64,000 bases of DNA from Entomortierella parvispora E1425. Taxonomy: Eukaryota > Fungi > Mortierellomycota. The translations under genes and the position numbers were made by a program. Positions within the stretch are counted from its first letter, which is position 1; each line of letters opens with the position of its first letter. Below the pieces are notes generated by a model, which saw only the letters and a list, made by a program, of their open reading frames with translations, was not told where the DNA came from and did not search any database. This document shows, one piece after another, positions 40,248-52,574 of the stretch. The DNA lies in assembly GCA_020891255.1 (NCBI GenBank), contig BQFW01000002.1, positions 3,906,001 to 3,970,000 on the forward strand, written 5' to 3'.

Positions 40248-42272
40248 ATGCCGTGGAGATCCAAACCAGATGATCCATTGGAGGACCACAACAGACTCTC
40301 CCCCTCTCCACATCCCTCAAGCCCATCCACCAACAGCCCTTACAGAGGTTATTCACGGCGAACCCCTGAGACCCCAGACTCTCTCAATGCCTCTCTATGT
40401 CACCGCCAGGACCAGGATGGATCTTCTGGAACGGAATCATCTGTAAGATTCATTCGAGAGGTCGATTGAAAAAAAAATTGGACAACGATTCTGACGTTCA
40501 CCTATTTTTTTTTTTTTTTTTTTTGGCTTCCAAAGTCCCCACTGGGTTGGCCAAGACCTGCAACATCACAAGCCCCCCACGATCGATCTGCCACTGCACA
40601 TTTATCATCCGCCTCTTCCGATCGCCACCTTCGACAGACACCTTCGGCCTTTGTAAAGCAGGGGTCAATTGAGCTTGAACCCCAGCACCGATCTACTGTG
40701 CGAGCTGGTCCAGTACGGTCGACGGGCAGAGGAACACCAAAGGGACCATTGCCGATCCAGGATCAAATCAGTTTGTTGAAGAGCGTTCTCCGCCATGATC
40801 CATTTAATTGCCCCATTCGACGAACTACACAAGTGTGGGAATGTATCGGTCGCGAGCAGGGCATTCGTGCTCGGACTTGCGCACGTCGGTATGACAACAT
40901 TATTCAAGCAAGCATCTCAGGGCAGGAGCGGACAAGCGGCACTGACGAACAAATTGCGACAAAAAAATCCATACTGGAACAACTCTTTCAAATGATGAAT
41001 CAGCCACAGGCGCTGCTCAGAATGCAAAAAAAGAAGCGGTATCGATCCGAGGATGCAGATCGACGGCTGCTTTTGGAGATTATTCGACTGAATCCATTTG
41101 GTCAAAAAGTCGGCCAGGTAGCGAAGGCCTGGGAAGATGTTCGAGATGCTCTCAATATGAAAGTGCATTCTAGACAGTGCATTAGAAGGGTAAACAGGAT
41201 GATCAAGCCGTATCTGGTCCGAGATCGAATGTACAATGGCGATATACCAGAGGCGATGCGGGAAGAGAATGATGATTTGATCAAGCAAGTTATCGACCTA
41301 ATGAATGTGGCAGGACAAGAAGTTTCGCTTGACGAGGAAGAGGAGGACGACGAGGGAGCAGAGGCAGGGACGGTATTGCGTGGAGACGACAGCGGCACAG
41401 GAGTGTCGGACTCAGAAGAGCAGGATGATGAAAACTATGACGGGGCCAACAACCAATTGTCGTGCTCACCCAACCAAAGGAACGATGTCGCATCGCATTC
41501 TTCCACATGCTTGAGCGGCCAAATATACCAGAGTAGTTCACCTTGGCGTCCCTCAATCGGATTATCCAAGTCTCTAGTGCCAGGCGTGTCGATGCAGCAA
41601 AGGTCACCCACACTAAATGATCGCCGAGATAGTCAACCCTGGTCACCAAGGCATGCGCTAGACTCCCACCCTTACGCTCGAACAAGGAATCCATCGCCTA
41701 CAACGAGGGTACCACAGCACCCTCTCACCTCCCCTGCTCGACGGAGCCATAGCGACAGCGACAACCTCGGTAAAAAGCCAATACCACTTGCGAACGGTGA
41801 ATCCCATCTGCGAACGGTGGGCACATCCGATCAACCCCGGTGGCAAGACGTTGAAAACGAACAACAATCTCCAGACGAATTAGTTCGCCAAATATACCAC
41901 GAATTGCGATCATTACAAGGCAGTCTCGGCCGACTGAGTCAACAGCAGCAGCAAGAGCGAGATCTTCGTCGGTCTATGAGTTCTAGTATTTTTCAACTTC
42001 GGAGCCAGCTTGAGCAACAGCAACATCACATCTGGGATTTGCAGTATCAACTCAAACGTCTCCCTCTCCCTCCATCTTCCGTTGATTGTGTAAGGCAGGA
42101 ACCAGGACATCAGATCGAAGCTCGACGGCCTCTAGAAAAAGATAGGGACGGGTTTTACAAACGGGAGCCTGCAATGCCTGTTTTTGTATCTAGAGTTTCC
42201 TCCACTTTTCGACATCGGGAGCGAATTGACACGCCATCTCCTGAAGAAACTCGGGAAGAAAGCTGGCGATAA
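40248..42272 (+). CDS. Protein with two tandem Myb/SANT-like (trihelix-type) domains and a coiled coil, 2 exons
   Basis: Two internally similar repeats, LLKSVLRHDPF...QVWECIG and LLLEIIRLNPF...KAWEDVRDAL..SRQCIRR. Phase-0 splice from GTAAGA (~40444) to AAAG|TCC restores a single ORF. Confidence 0.65.
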
Positions 42273-42492
42273 GACGGCGCCTTCCAATTCTTGTAGGAAT
42301 AAAGATGTATCACACACCCAAGGCCTTAAGGCGCAGAGGGGCAGACAGACAAGAAGACATACAGGACAGTGAAAAAAAGAGCGAGCACCGCTTCAAAATA
42401 CATTTTACAATACCATTGAGAATGTATTTTATCCCGACGATTGGTCGCTTAAAACTATGTAGAATGCTCTATTCATGGCCCCTTCACATCTG

Positions 42493-44378
42493 TCACAAGC
42501 CCTCGTCAGAAATCTGCCTCTCCAAAATCTCGTGTCGTATGTTGAACGCCTCATTCACAATCTAAAATAGGTCAATGAGAGGCACCCATTAGTAAACAGG
42601 AGTCATATCCTTTTTCCCACATTGCGTGCCGTTAAAAAATGAAAGCGTACCTGGTCCATATCTAGCGAAGGTAACCTCATGAGCATCGTTCTGATTTCAG
42701 ATTGCTCAAGCTCTTCCAAGCTCTCCTTGAGGTGCTTCAGGACTGCAAGACAAAAATAGGGGTGGAGGTCGATCCAGTCGGGCATGGCAAAATATGTGTC
42801 CCATAGCCGCATCGTGTTCTCTAAAGAAAGCTCGCGCGAGAGCAAAAATTGAAGAGCCGAAGCAGCCCATTCCTTGATATCGACCTCCTCCTCTTCAAAA
42901 TAGCTGTACAGGTCAGGGATACAGGTACGAAACAAGGTCATGAAGCTTGCGACTGCTTCATTGATACTCCGTGAGCTGAAGTGATCGTCTAACATAAAAG
43001 TAAAAGCGACTAGAGAGTCAGAAAGCGTGGAAAATAGAAAAGGGAGGATATGGTACAAGCCAGAGAAATCAAAGAGATGGCTTACCGAGTATGTTGATCA
43101 TCTTCTCAAAACAGAGAAAGGCATCGCATTCACGCTTGACAGAGTAAATGAACGGCGCACAGAGATTGACCATGGCCGGATAGTACTCGACGCGGTGATT
43201 ATGGTTGCAAAAGGCGCTGATCACGTCTTCGAATATCCGAGGCATATTCCGACTGGACTCGATGTTGGTCTTGCGCAAATACCGCGAGATCTCTCCACGA
43301 ACACGCTTGGTCATCTCGTTGGGGTCCTTTTCAATCTGCTCATAGTCAATCAGCTTTTGCTTCTGCGTGGAGACCTCTTTGGACCTGTCCGCCTCTTGGA
43401 TCCCGAGCAAATACAACCAGACTTCCTGCATTTAGATATTGCGCGGGCAAAAAAGACATTAGTCAATGTAAAAGGCTCCACATTGTGATGACCATTGAAC
43501 ACGCGACCCATCCGCTATCAACTGCAGCAACACGAGCAAGACAAGTGGAACCAAGAGCTTGCCCACTGTCGAAGTAAGCGACAACAATGGAGGGTGGGTA
43601 AACATAAAAGCCACGACGAAAAGAGGGAAAAGAGCGCAGCGTGGGGTGCAACGGGCGGAGAGCCATCAACAAGGAAGGAAGGTTTGTGCAAATCCAATGG
43701 GGATCCAGGGTTGGGCCACGCAGCGCCCTGATGCACGACAACAAACACAGAGGCAGACTGGGACTCGACGGGATGTGTGGGGAGGAGGAGGGGACCATCT
43801 GCCTGCCGACAAAGATGGACCAAACAAGAGCGAGCACAAGGAAAAGAGAAGAGAGCGATCGCACGCGAGCAGAAAGGGGGACAAGACAAAGAGACTCTCG
43901 CCCAACGCTGTGTCCCCTTCTGCCCCCTTGTCTGCATCGAATCGAATCGATTCAGGGCGTACAAGACAGAGGCCCACCTGCTGAGTGCTTGCCTGACCCG
44001 ATAAAGCCAATGAAATAAAAAAACAATGGAGGCACTTACCCCTCGAATCTCTCTAGAAATGCCATGGCGGGCATAGTCCCTCAGCTTGTTGACCTCGACC
44101 CAGACTTCTGCATTCAGCACCTCTTCGTACTCTTCCACTGTGATCGACATGCTGTCCAGATGCTCCTGGCGGTACTGCTGCAATGTCCGCTTGTTGTATT
44201 TTGAGGGTGACGGGGTATTATGGCTGTTGTACAAGGAGTGCTCGCCCGGATTGTTTTGGTTGCTGTACGAGCTGTTACTGTGGTGGCCTGGCGAATTGAC
44301 AAGGCTTTGGTGATGGTGGTAGATGTAGGCCTGTCTGGGCTGCTGCTGCTGTTGCTGAGGTGGGGAGGAAAGGAGCAT
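42493..44378 (-). CDS. Rab-GAP TBC-domain protein, 4 exons
   Basis: KLRDYARHGISREIR/EVWLYLLG, RVRGEISRY, NLCAPF, FLLSRELSLENTMRLWDTYFA; the last exon ends EGL-TGA. Confidence 0.85.
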
Positions 44379-44687
44379 GGCGGGCGGGTGGAATGGGGAT
44401 CAGAAACCAGATTCCGGTTCTTGAGCAGATCAGCACTTGGTTCACAGGCAGGAGGGATGCAATGGAGCGATGGAAAGACTTTAATGGGAGAGGAAGTTGG
44501 GGGGAAGGAGAGGAGGACTGGCAGGGTGGGTAAGAGAGGGAAGGTGCAGAGGAAGGAGACAGGGAGGGAGGACAGGACAGGGACAAACAGGACAGAGCAG
44601 GAGAGTTTTTTTTTCTTTTTCTTTTTTTCTGCTGATTGGAAAAAGGAAATTGTCAATTGGTGGGGAAGTCGCCAGACATCAAAACTT

Positions 44688-46314
44688 CTAGAACCAAAAG
44701 CTGACTGAGAAGCTGGTCGATAGCGATCGGATGTAGTGCCACCACTGGAGCGGGATGTACAGCAGCTCACCTGCCTCCAACACTGCCTCGACATACTCGG
44801 CTGATGCAAACAACGGGAACTTTGTCAAATCTGGTTGCTCAACTTCCACCTGACTGGTATTCCCCAACATTGTGTTCACGCCCGAGTCCTTGTCAGTTGC
44901 CTCGTCCCCGGATTCTATTCCATTGCTTGTGGCAAAACTGTACAGCTTGGGTGTATCCTTGGGTGAGTACAGACGAACGTACTTTCGCCCCACTACCTGA
45001 GCAAGTAGGTTATAGTAAGGGTCGGTGTGCATGGGGGAAATGGTGCCACCAGGCCCAAACCAAGCATTGAGGAGAACATCCTCTGGCGGTTGATATCCAT
45101 CCTGCCGCCGAGGTGCAACAAGGCAGTAGTCAGGAATGTCAATATCTCGTCGTAGCCGTGGAATCTGGTCAAAAACATCGTGCTGGGCAAGGTATCCCAC
45201 TTGCCCCTTTGCGACAGCATCATCACCATCATCAACAAACTGCTCCACAAAATCCTTCATAGTCACAAACTTCTGGGTCCATTGCTCATCCGTGTACTGG
45301 CTCCCAATCTCTATGGGTACCAATCGATCAGGCCCTGCAATCCGGCAAATCATTCTGGGGTCCTTCCATTTCTCCAGCGCAGGCCAATGATCCATTGCTC
45401 CTGTGATAATGAGGGGTGTACCTCCCAACGGTCCATTGATGTGTTCCTGAAATGCATCCATAGTAGGTAAATGTATCCGTGGGATTGGATATTGAATTCG
45501 AGGAATCTGACCTGTCCCGCCTACCCTGGTTGTCTTCTCCTTCTCCTCGTTCTGAGTTGCAGTGCTTTTGCGCTTTGATGGAAGAATAGACGGTATATCT
45601 GTGCTTTGAATCCTGTCCTCCAAAGTCTTAATCAGGGCAAAGACAAAGTCTTTCCTACCTTGCCCTGAGGCGCCAGCCATGACCAATACTTGGTCGCAGG
45701 TTCTCAATGCCTTGCGCAAGAGGGAAATTTCGTCGTCCATTTCAGAGACAGCGCTCTTGTCGCAAGTAGAGCCTAGTATTCCCAGTGCCAGAGCCTTCAA
45801 AATCCCTGCATCCGTGTACAGTTCTCTCCAGCAAGCGGGTACCTCCCTGTAAGGAAAGGCATGTAGCATCTCTCGCGCAAGGTCCATGAGAACGTCCGAC
45901 TGAAATAGGAGAAGCTTGGCGTGGTGCCTCCTACTTTCTTCTGTGCTGGAAGTAGGCTCCGTTTGAAGCGCAGCCACAACCTGCAACTGTGCCACGGCGT
46001 CCTTCAGACCTTTCAACGGTGCATGTCCAAGTGTACTTTCTACTGAAAAAAAAAAGACATCATGTGAGTGGACCAATGGCAATTTCAGCTAGAAGGAATA
46101 CACTCGAACACCCACCAAAGTCAGAGGCTGACCAGAGGCTGATGAATCGCGTCGATAGATCATGCATTGCCGAGGAGAGAAAGTCAGCAGTGAGGAATGT
46201 AGGGACGAAAGATGGAGTTTGGTGGCAAATATTCAGCACAATGTTCGCAATAATTAGGTCACCGTATTTGGCGGTGAAGCGATCGACGCATGCGTTGATC
46301 TTGAGCGATCGCAT
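44688..46314 (-). CDS. JMJD5: JmjC-domain protein JMJD5/KDM8-like, 2 exons
   Basis: LHAFPYREVPACWRELYTDA, RLVPIEIGSQYTDEQWTQ, GYLAQHDVFDQIP, NAWFGPGGTISPMHTDP, WWHYIRSLSTSFSVSFWF (HxD...H intact). Confidence 0.88.
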
Positions 46315-46421
46315 TTCAATCTCGGACCAGCATCAGGAACATCCGCGAAGACGCGCTCAACAACCAGGAAGCAAGCACGCACGCACGACGACGACGACGA
46401 TCACTCCAGCATCTAGTCACC

Positions 46422-47193
46422 ATGAGAGAACTCCCCCAGAAGGAAGCCAACCTGTTCAAGCAGATCCTGGTAAGCATCAATCCTAATCGGACCCGTTTCT
46501 CCTGAATCTTGTCGCCTCTTCAGGATCTAATCTGGTCTCCTTCTACAAACAGAAATGCTATGAGAACAAGCAGTACAAGAAAGGGTTCAAAGGCGCTGAG
46601 CAGATCCTGAAAAAATTCCCCGAGCATGGAGGTATTTCGATGCATTGTTCAGTGGCGTCGCTTCTGTGCTTTCATTTTACTAATATAGCTACCCTTTCTT
46701 GACTGAAATAGAAACCCTGGCTCTGAAGGGACTCTTCTGCAATCATTTGGACAAAAAGGAGGAAGCTTACGAGTTTGTCAAGAAGGGCCTCCGTCATGAC
46801 CTCAAGTCCCACATCTGTAAGCGAACGGACTGGTAAACGATCGACCCTTTCAATCAACCTTTCCTAACTTGACTTACATGTTGAACCTTTAGGTTGGCAT
46901 GTTTTCGGATTGTTGTACCGTTCGGACAAGAACTATGAGGAGGCACTGAAGTGCTATTCTCAGGCTTTGAAGATCGACAAAGAGAACATTCAGATCATGC
47001 GGGACTTTTCACTCCTCCAGATCCACACCAGGAACTATGAAGGTCTTGTGGACACACGCCACCAATTGCTCGAGCTTCGCCCTCAGAACCGACAGTACTG
47101 GATTGGATTGGCGATCGCTTATCAAATGATGGGCAAGCCTGACTCTGGAGTCAAGGTGTTGACCGCCTATGAGGAGACACTCAAGGTACGCCC

Positions 47194-47225
<32 letters not shown>

Positions 47226-49622
47226 TTGTAATTGGTGGAGTACGTTGTTTTCAACAAGATCTATTCTGTACTATGATTCTCATGCCATTTTCCCTCTCAT
47301 GGCTCTATTTACTCCAGGACATTCCTACTAAGCCCGACTATGAGCACAGCGAGATGCTTTTGTACCATAATTCACTTTTGGAGGAAATGGGCGACATCCA
47401 GGCTGCTTACGACCATCTGGACGCCATTGAGAAGCACGTTTGTGACTTGAAGGCGATCCGTGAGAAGCGAGCTCAGTTTCTTTTGGCCTTGGGACGTCAG
47501 CAGGAGGCCGAGGCCGCTTACAGGACGCTAATCTCGCACAATCCCGACAATTTTGCATACATCGATGGTCTGCAAAAGAGCCTGGGACTCGGTAACAAGT
47601 CCTTGACCGCCGAGGAAGAAGCCATAGTGGTCGGCATGTTCCAGGAGCTTCAAAAGGAATATCCTCGGTCCAATGCGGCTAAGCGCCTCCCGCTCCGTTA
47701 CGCCAGCGGAGACTCTTTTGCAAGCATCGCGGATGAATACCTCCGCAGCATGCTTAGAAAAGGTGTCCCTTCACTGTTCGTCAACCTCAAGACACTTTAC
47801 AGCGACAAAACAAAGGAAGCAGTCATTGAGAAGCTCGCTCTTGGATACCTTGCTGCTCTTGATAAGTCGAAGGGATTCGATCATTCTGGTAAGTAATAAT
47901 GACTGGCAAGGCACTAGATTGTGCAATCAGATCAAAATCATGTTGTTGACCTGGTAGTACATCCTTAGGTTCAATCGTAGAGCCACCAACAGCGCTTCTC
48001 TGGACCCTTTATTTCCTGGCCCAGCACTACGATTACAAGCGGGAGTCGGATACTGCCTTGGGATACATTAACAGGGCCATTGAGCACACCCCAACGTTGG
48101 TTGAACTCCATATGACCAAGGGCCGCATTCTGAAGCATGCTGGAGACTTTAACTCGGCCATGGAATCTCTCAATGAGGCTCGTGAACTGGACTTGCAGGA
48201 TCGCTTCATCAACTCGAAGTGCACAAAGTATATGCTCAGGGCCGACAAAGTCGCTGAAGCCGAAAAGACCGTTATTTTGTTTGCTCGTGCCGATATTGCC
48301 GACCCCTTGCACGATCTCGTGGATATGCAGGCACAATGGTACCTTCTTGAGGCGGGAGAGAGCCATCTTCGTCAGGGCCAGATTGGAAAGGCTCTTAAGC
48401 GTTTCCACCAAGTCGAAAAGGTATTGTGGCTGCTGGTCGTACTTGTGATAGTGTATCCATTGATTACTAACGACTTTGTGCATACTTGATAGCATTTTGC
48501 CGAGTTCACTGAGGATCAGCTTGACTTCCATATGTACTGTTTGCGCAAGATGACCCTGAGGGCTTACATTTCGTAAGTAGAGGAGCTTTCCGGTGATAAT
48601 CCTGATGCTCCCTTGAATTAGCGTGTGAGTGCGTGACAACTGACTTTTGTATCGCTCTTCCCCTTGCAGTCTTTTGAAGTTGGAGGATCAGCTTCGTTCC
48701 CACCAGTCCTTCGTGCGCGCCGCCCAAGGCGCAGTTAAGTGCTATGTGAGCATCTTTGATCAGCCAGACGGTGTGGAGCCTCCAGAGATGGAAGGAATGA
48801 CTGAAGCTGAGAAGAAGAAGTTCCGCAGCAAGCAACGCAAGGCTGAGCTCAAGGCCCAGAAGGAGGCAGAGGAGAAGAAAGCTCAGGCAGATCAGGAGTT
48901 GACCAAGAAGGGCGGCAAGGTGGATGAGGATCCAGAGGGCGTGAAGTACACAAAGGCAGAGGATCCTCTCGGAGAGGCGTTGAAGTTCTTGAGACCTTTG
49001 CAGGAATTAGCGCCGGAACGCATTGAGACCCATCTGATGGGTTTTGAGATCTACATTCGCAAGAGTATGTATTCTGCCACTGGTGTTTGGACCCTCTTGT
49101 CCTTAACGTTAACGTCGACTGACGCCTTTTTTTTTTTTTCTTTTGGGATGTGTAGATAAGTTTTTGCTTGCCCTGAAGTCACTCTTGAAGGCGATCAAGA
49201 TTGATGCTGAGAATGCCACTCTCCATGAACAGCTTGTTCGGTTTGCGCTCGCTGTCAAGAAGGCCGGTTCGGCACTTTCTCCTGCCGCCAAGACTGTCAT
49301 TGACAAGCACTGGAACGATCTGTATAAGGGACAGGACTTGGCAGCAGTTGGCAACTCATTTTTGAAGAAGAGCGAAGAGCAGGGCTCTGTGCCTCACTTA
49401 ATCTCGGCTGCAATTGCTTCCTCACTTATCGAGCCAAAGAATGACAAAGCTGAGGCCATTCTGTTCTTGATGGCCGATGACAAGTACAAGTCGACCCGAA
49501 GCTTGGAATCAGCTCTGGTGGCCCAGAAGACTCTCAGGAGCATGCGTTCGGGTCGCGTCTCAGAGTTTAGGGCAAAGGCTGCAGAGTGGTTCCCAAAGGC
49601 AACTGTCTTCCAGAGCGTGTAA
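46422..49622 (+). CDS. NAA15: NatA auxiliary subunit Nat1/NAA15, multi-exon TPR protein
   Basis: [112 protein letters not shown]. Confidence 0.96.
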
Positions 49623-49749
49623 TGGTGTATTTTTGTAGTTTCAAAACATAAAAATGACGGATGATTCTGTGGCGCATCTATCACGTGTGATCCTCGCTTT
49701 GACCGCGAATGGCGAGCTGACATGGGGTTGACCATTCATCCCTCCAAAC

Positions 49750-50916
49750 ATGATCCTTGGCCACTCCATCTCATCCATTCGACCCTTATCTCAGGCATCT
49801 CGACGGTGGTCAGCTATCGCGCCACAGTCCGTGCAGCAGTTCAAACGCTATGCCTGTCAGATTCACCACCCCACAAAGCTTGGTCAACTTCGAGCAAAGC
49901 TCCGTGGCTTCGGACAGGGACACGTTGAGCTGGACCTGAATCACTCCCCCGGACTTGCATTGCTAACCCTGTCCAATCCTGAAAAGCACAATGCTCTTAC
50001 TGGGAAGATGATGGCCGAGCTAGCAGACTGTATTGACTTTCTGGAGGAGGCAGTGACTAAGCCTACCTTGCCGGTCTTGTCTTCTGAGTCTGCCTTGATT
50101 CTCAAGAACGGCGGAACGACTTTGAAGACTTTGGAGCCGGAACATCGCCAAATCTTGGAGGGTTTGGTGGGGATCATTGTGACTGGAGCGGAGCAAAAGT
50201 CATATTGCGCCGGGCTAGGTAAGAATCTTGTTCACTCATGTTGGTCTACTTCATTCTTCAAGATGCAAGAGAGGAAACTAATACGCGTCTCGAAAACAGA
50301 TCTCTCTGCTGCCAAGACAACACTTCTGACTCCGCAAGCAGGATCCGAAATGGCCGCTCTCATGGTCTCCACACTTACGCGCTTCTTGCGTCTGCCTCTG
50401 ATCACCATTGCTGCAATTGAAAAGGCTGCCATCGGAGGAGGTGCTGAGATGACGACCTGGTGCGACCATAGATGTATTGCAGATCAGGCAAAGGTGCAGT
50501 TCGTACAGACTCAAATGGGCGTTGTTCCAGGATGGGGTGGCGCCAGTCGACTGTTGAACATTGTACCAAGGTCAACTGCGTTGCGACTCTTGGGCGCGGC
50601 GGAACCAATCCATGGGGGACAACAGGCTCTTCAACTTGGATTTGCTCAGCTAACATCACCCAAAGGAGGGGCTGTTGCCAGTGCCACCGAGTACATGCAA
50701 TCATACGTTTGGGAAAAGCGACCAGATCAAAATCTATCAGGAGGTGCAAGGCGCTATGTCCCCGCTGTTAGGGCAATGAAGAAGATTGTGAGTGTCGGCA
50801 TGGATCATGACAATATTGAACGCGTTTCCGAACTTGAGAAGGATCTGTTCAAGCAGTTGTGGGGTAGTCCTGACAATCTGACAAGAGTGGAGGCTGCCTC
50901 CTCCAAGAAAAAGTAG
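49750..50916 (+). CDS. ECHDC1: Crotonase-family protein, ECHDC1 (ethylmalonyl-CoA decarboxylase)-like, 2 exons
   Basis: LSNPEKHNALTG, YCAGL|D, TLTRFLRLPLITIA, AIGGGAEMTTWCDHR, MGVVPGWGGASRL; closely resembles animal ECHDC1 as I recall it. Confidence 0.75.
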   Translation: MILGHSISSIRPLSQASRRWSAIAPQSVQQFKRYACQIHHPTKLGQLRAKLRGFGQGHVELDLNHSPGLALLTLSNPEKHNALTGKMMAELADCIDFLEEAVTKPTLPVLSSESALILKNGGTTLKTLEPEHRQILEGLVGIIVTGAEQKSYCAGLGKNLVHSCWSTSFFKMQERKLIRVSKTDLSAAKTTLLTPQAGSEMAALMVSTLTRFLRLPLITIAAIEKAAIGGGAEMTTWCDHRCIADQAKVQFVQTQMGVVPGWGGASRLLNIVPRSTALRLLGAAEPIHGGQQALQLGFAQLTSPKGGAVASATEYMQSYVWEKRPDQNLSGGARRYVPAVRAMKKIVSVGMDHDNIERVSELEKDLFKQLWGSPDNLTRVEAASSKKK

Positions 50917-50966
50917 ATATAGAGTCAAGCACATAGATAAACGACAATAATACAAGTTTTATTCTT

Positions 50967-52466
50967 TCAACCTTGCTTTTCATCCATTGATTCTTCGCGA
51001 GAAGATTGGACGGCTAAAGCATAGTCTTCCATTGCGTACATCTTCATCCGAGGTCCGCCATGGCCTGAATATTTGAATTCATGAACTCGCCATCCACACT
51101 TTCTCGCCATCTCCCGTGATGCCTCAATGGGTACTGTTCCATCCAGATGACCAAGGTAGGCGTTCACAGTGACACCTTCGGGTACTGTCAAAGACGCGAT
51201 ATCAAACCCCACGTTCGAAATGCACATCTGGATCTCTGCGTTGTATCCACTCGAATGCTGCTGGTTCTATATAAAAATAAAAAAATAAAAAAAAGTTGAT
51301 GGCGACGACGACGACGATGACAATGAACCATGGTTACTCATGTTGCTGCGGTGCGGCAGATACACACGCAACTCTTCCATTACTTACTATATCATGAATA
51401 AGGGCTGGCATCATGACCTTCTCAAAAGCTCGCTCGTACTGCACTACAAACGGATCCCTTGGCTTCTTATCTTTTTGTCGATCTTGCAGTGAAGTGCCGC
51501 GCCGAGAACTTTTGTTGGAGGCTCCATTGGCTTCATCATCCTCGTCAAGCACGGCCATCTTTGACAGTTTAGAAGATACTCCAGTACCTGATAGTGCATT
51601 GCTTGACGACATTAGGGCCGAGCCCAAGTGGTTGAAGGAGCTGGTTACAGCCCAAACCACGCTTCGAGGAACATGCTTCAGAAACTTGAAAGACTGACTT
51701 GTTGTCCCTGGACATTCATTAAAAGGCACCCAGGGTGTGATGAGGGCGATCGGACCTGGCAAGACGCGTTCCGGATATAAATCCAAGATCCGCATGATGT
51801 AGTAGATCCCACACGAGTGACCCATCATCCCAAAACGAGCTCCCGGCAATAACTTATCAAGCACAGCCATGACCTCTCGACATACATGGTCGACTCGCCT
51901 ATTGATGGGTCGTTGTTTCTGAACTTTGTAGGGGTTCAAGTGGGTATCTGTTCCCGTATTGATATCCTGATTGCTGTCATGGCAGCTGCTGGTGCTGAAA
52001 GTAGCTTCGTGCCTGGATCCGTTTTTGTCCTTTTGTTTGGAGATTTTCGAAATGTTGAAGGGATCTGTGAGGCCTGTTCCAGGTCGGTCAATGCAGATGA
52101 GTTTGATATCAAAGCGTACAGCCTGGGCATGCAGCGTCGCAATCTGACGACTGCTACCTCCGAGTCCGTAAAAAAAGAGGACTGGCGATCCTGTCCTTGA
52201 ACCACAAGTCGAATACGATACTGATCTTCTACTCGAAAGAAAAAAAAGAAAGATCGGGGGTGAGATCGTGAGCCGAGGAAAAACCAGCTGTCAACGGAGT
52301 GAAGTAAGTACCCTGACGCGAGGACAATCTTTTGCTGAAACTGAGGTGAATCGACCAGGGCTTGTAGACTGAACGTTGTCACCAGAGGTGCCGAGATGAG
52401 TTCCTGGTGCAGATCCCTGGGCTCGGGTAATGGAGATTCTTCATCATTCTTAGCTTTGGGCTTCAT
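50967..52466 (-). CDS. Alpha/beta-hydrolase fold protein, 3 exons
   Basis: Spliced SG|RSVSYSTCGSRTGSPVLFFYGLGGS..IDRPGTG, nucleophile elbow GHSCG, Asp in DGTVP, His in SGHGG. Confidence 0.85.
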
Positions 52467-52574
52467 GGCATGAACAGATGTGTAAGATGTGAAGGATGCA
52501 AGATGGCGGCTTTCTTTTTTTATTTTTTGACGTATGATATTTCAAGGGGCAATGCAAGAGCCAAGAAAAAAAAA

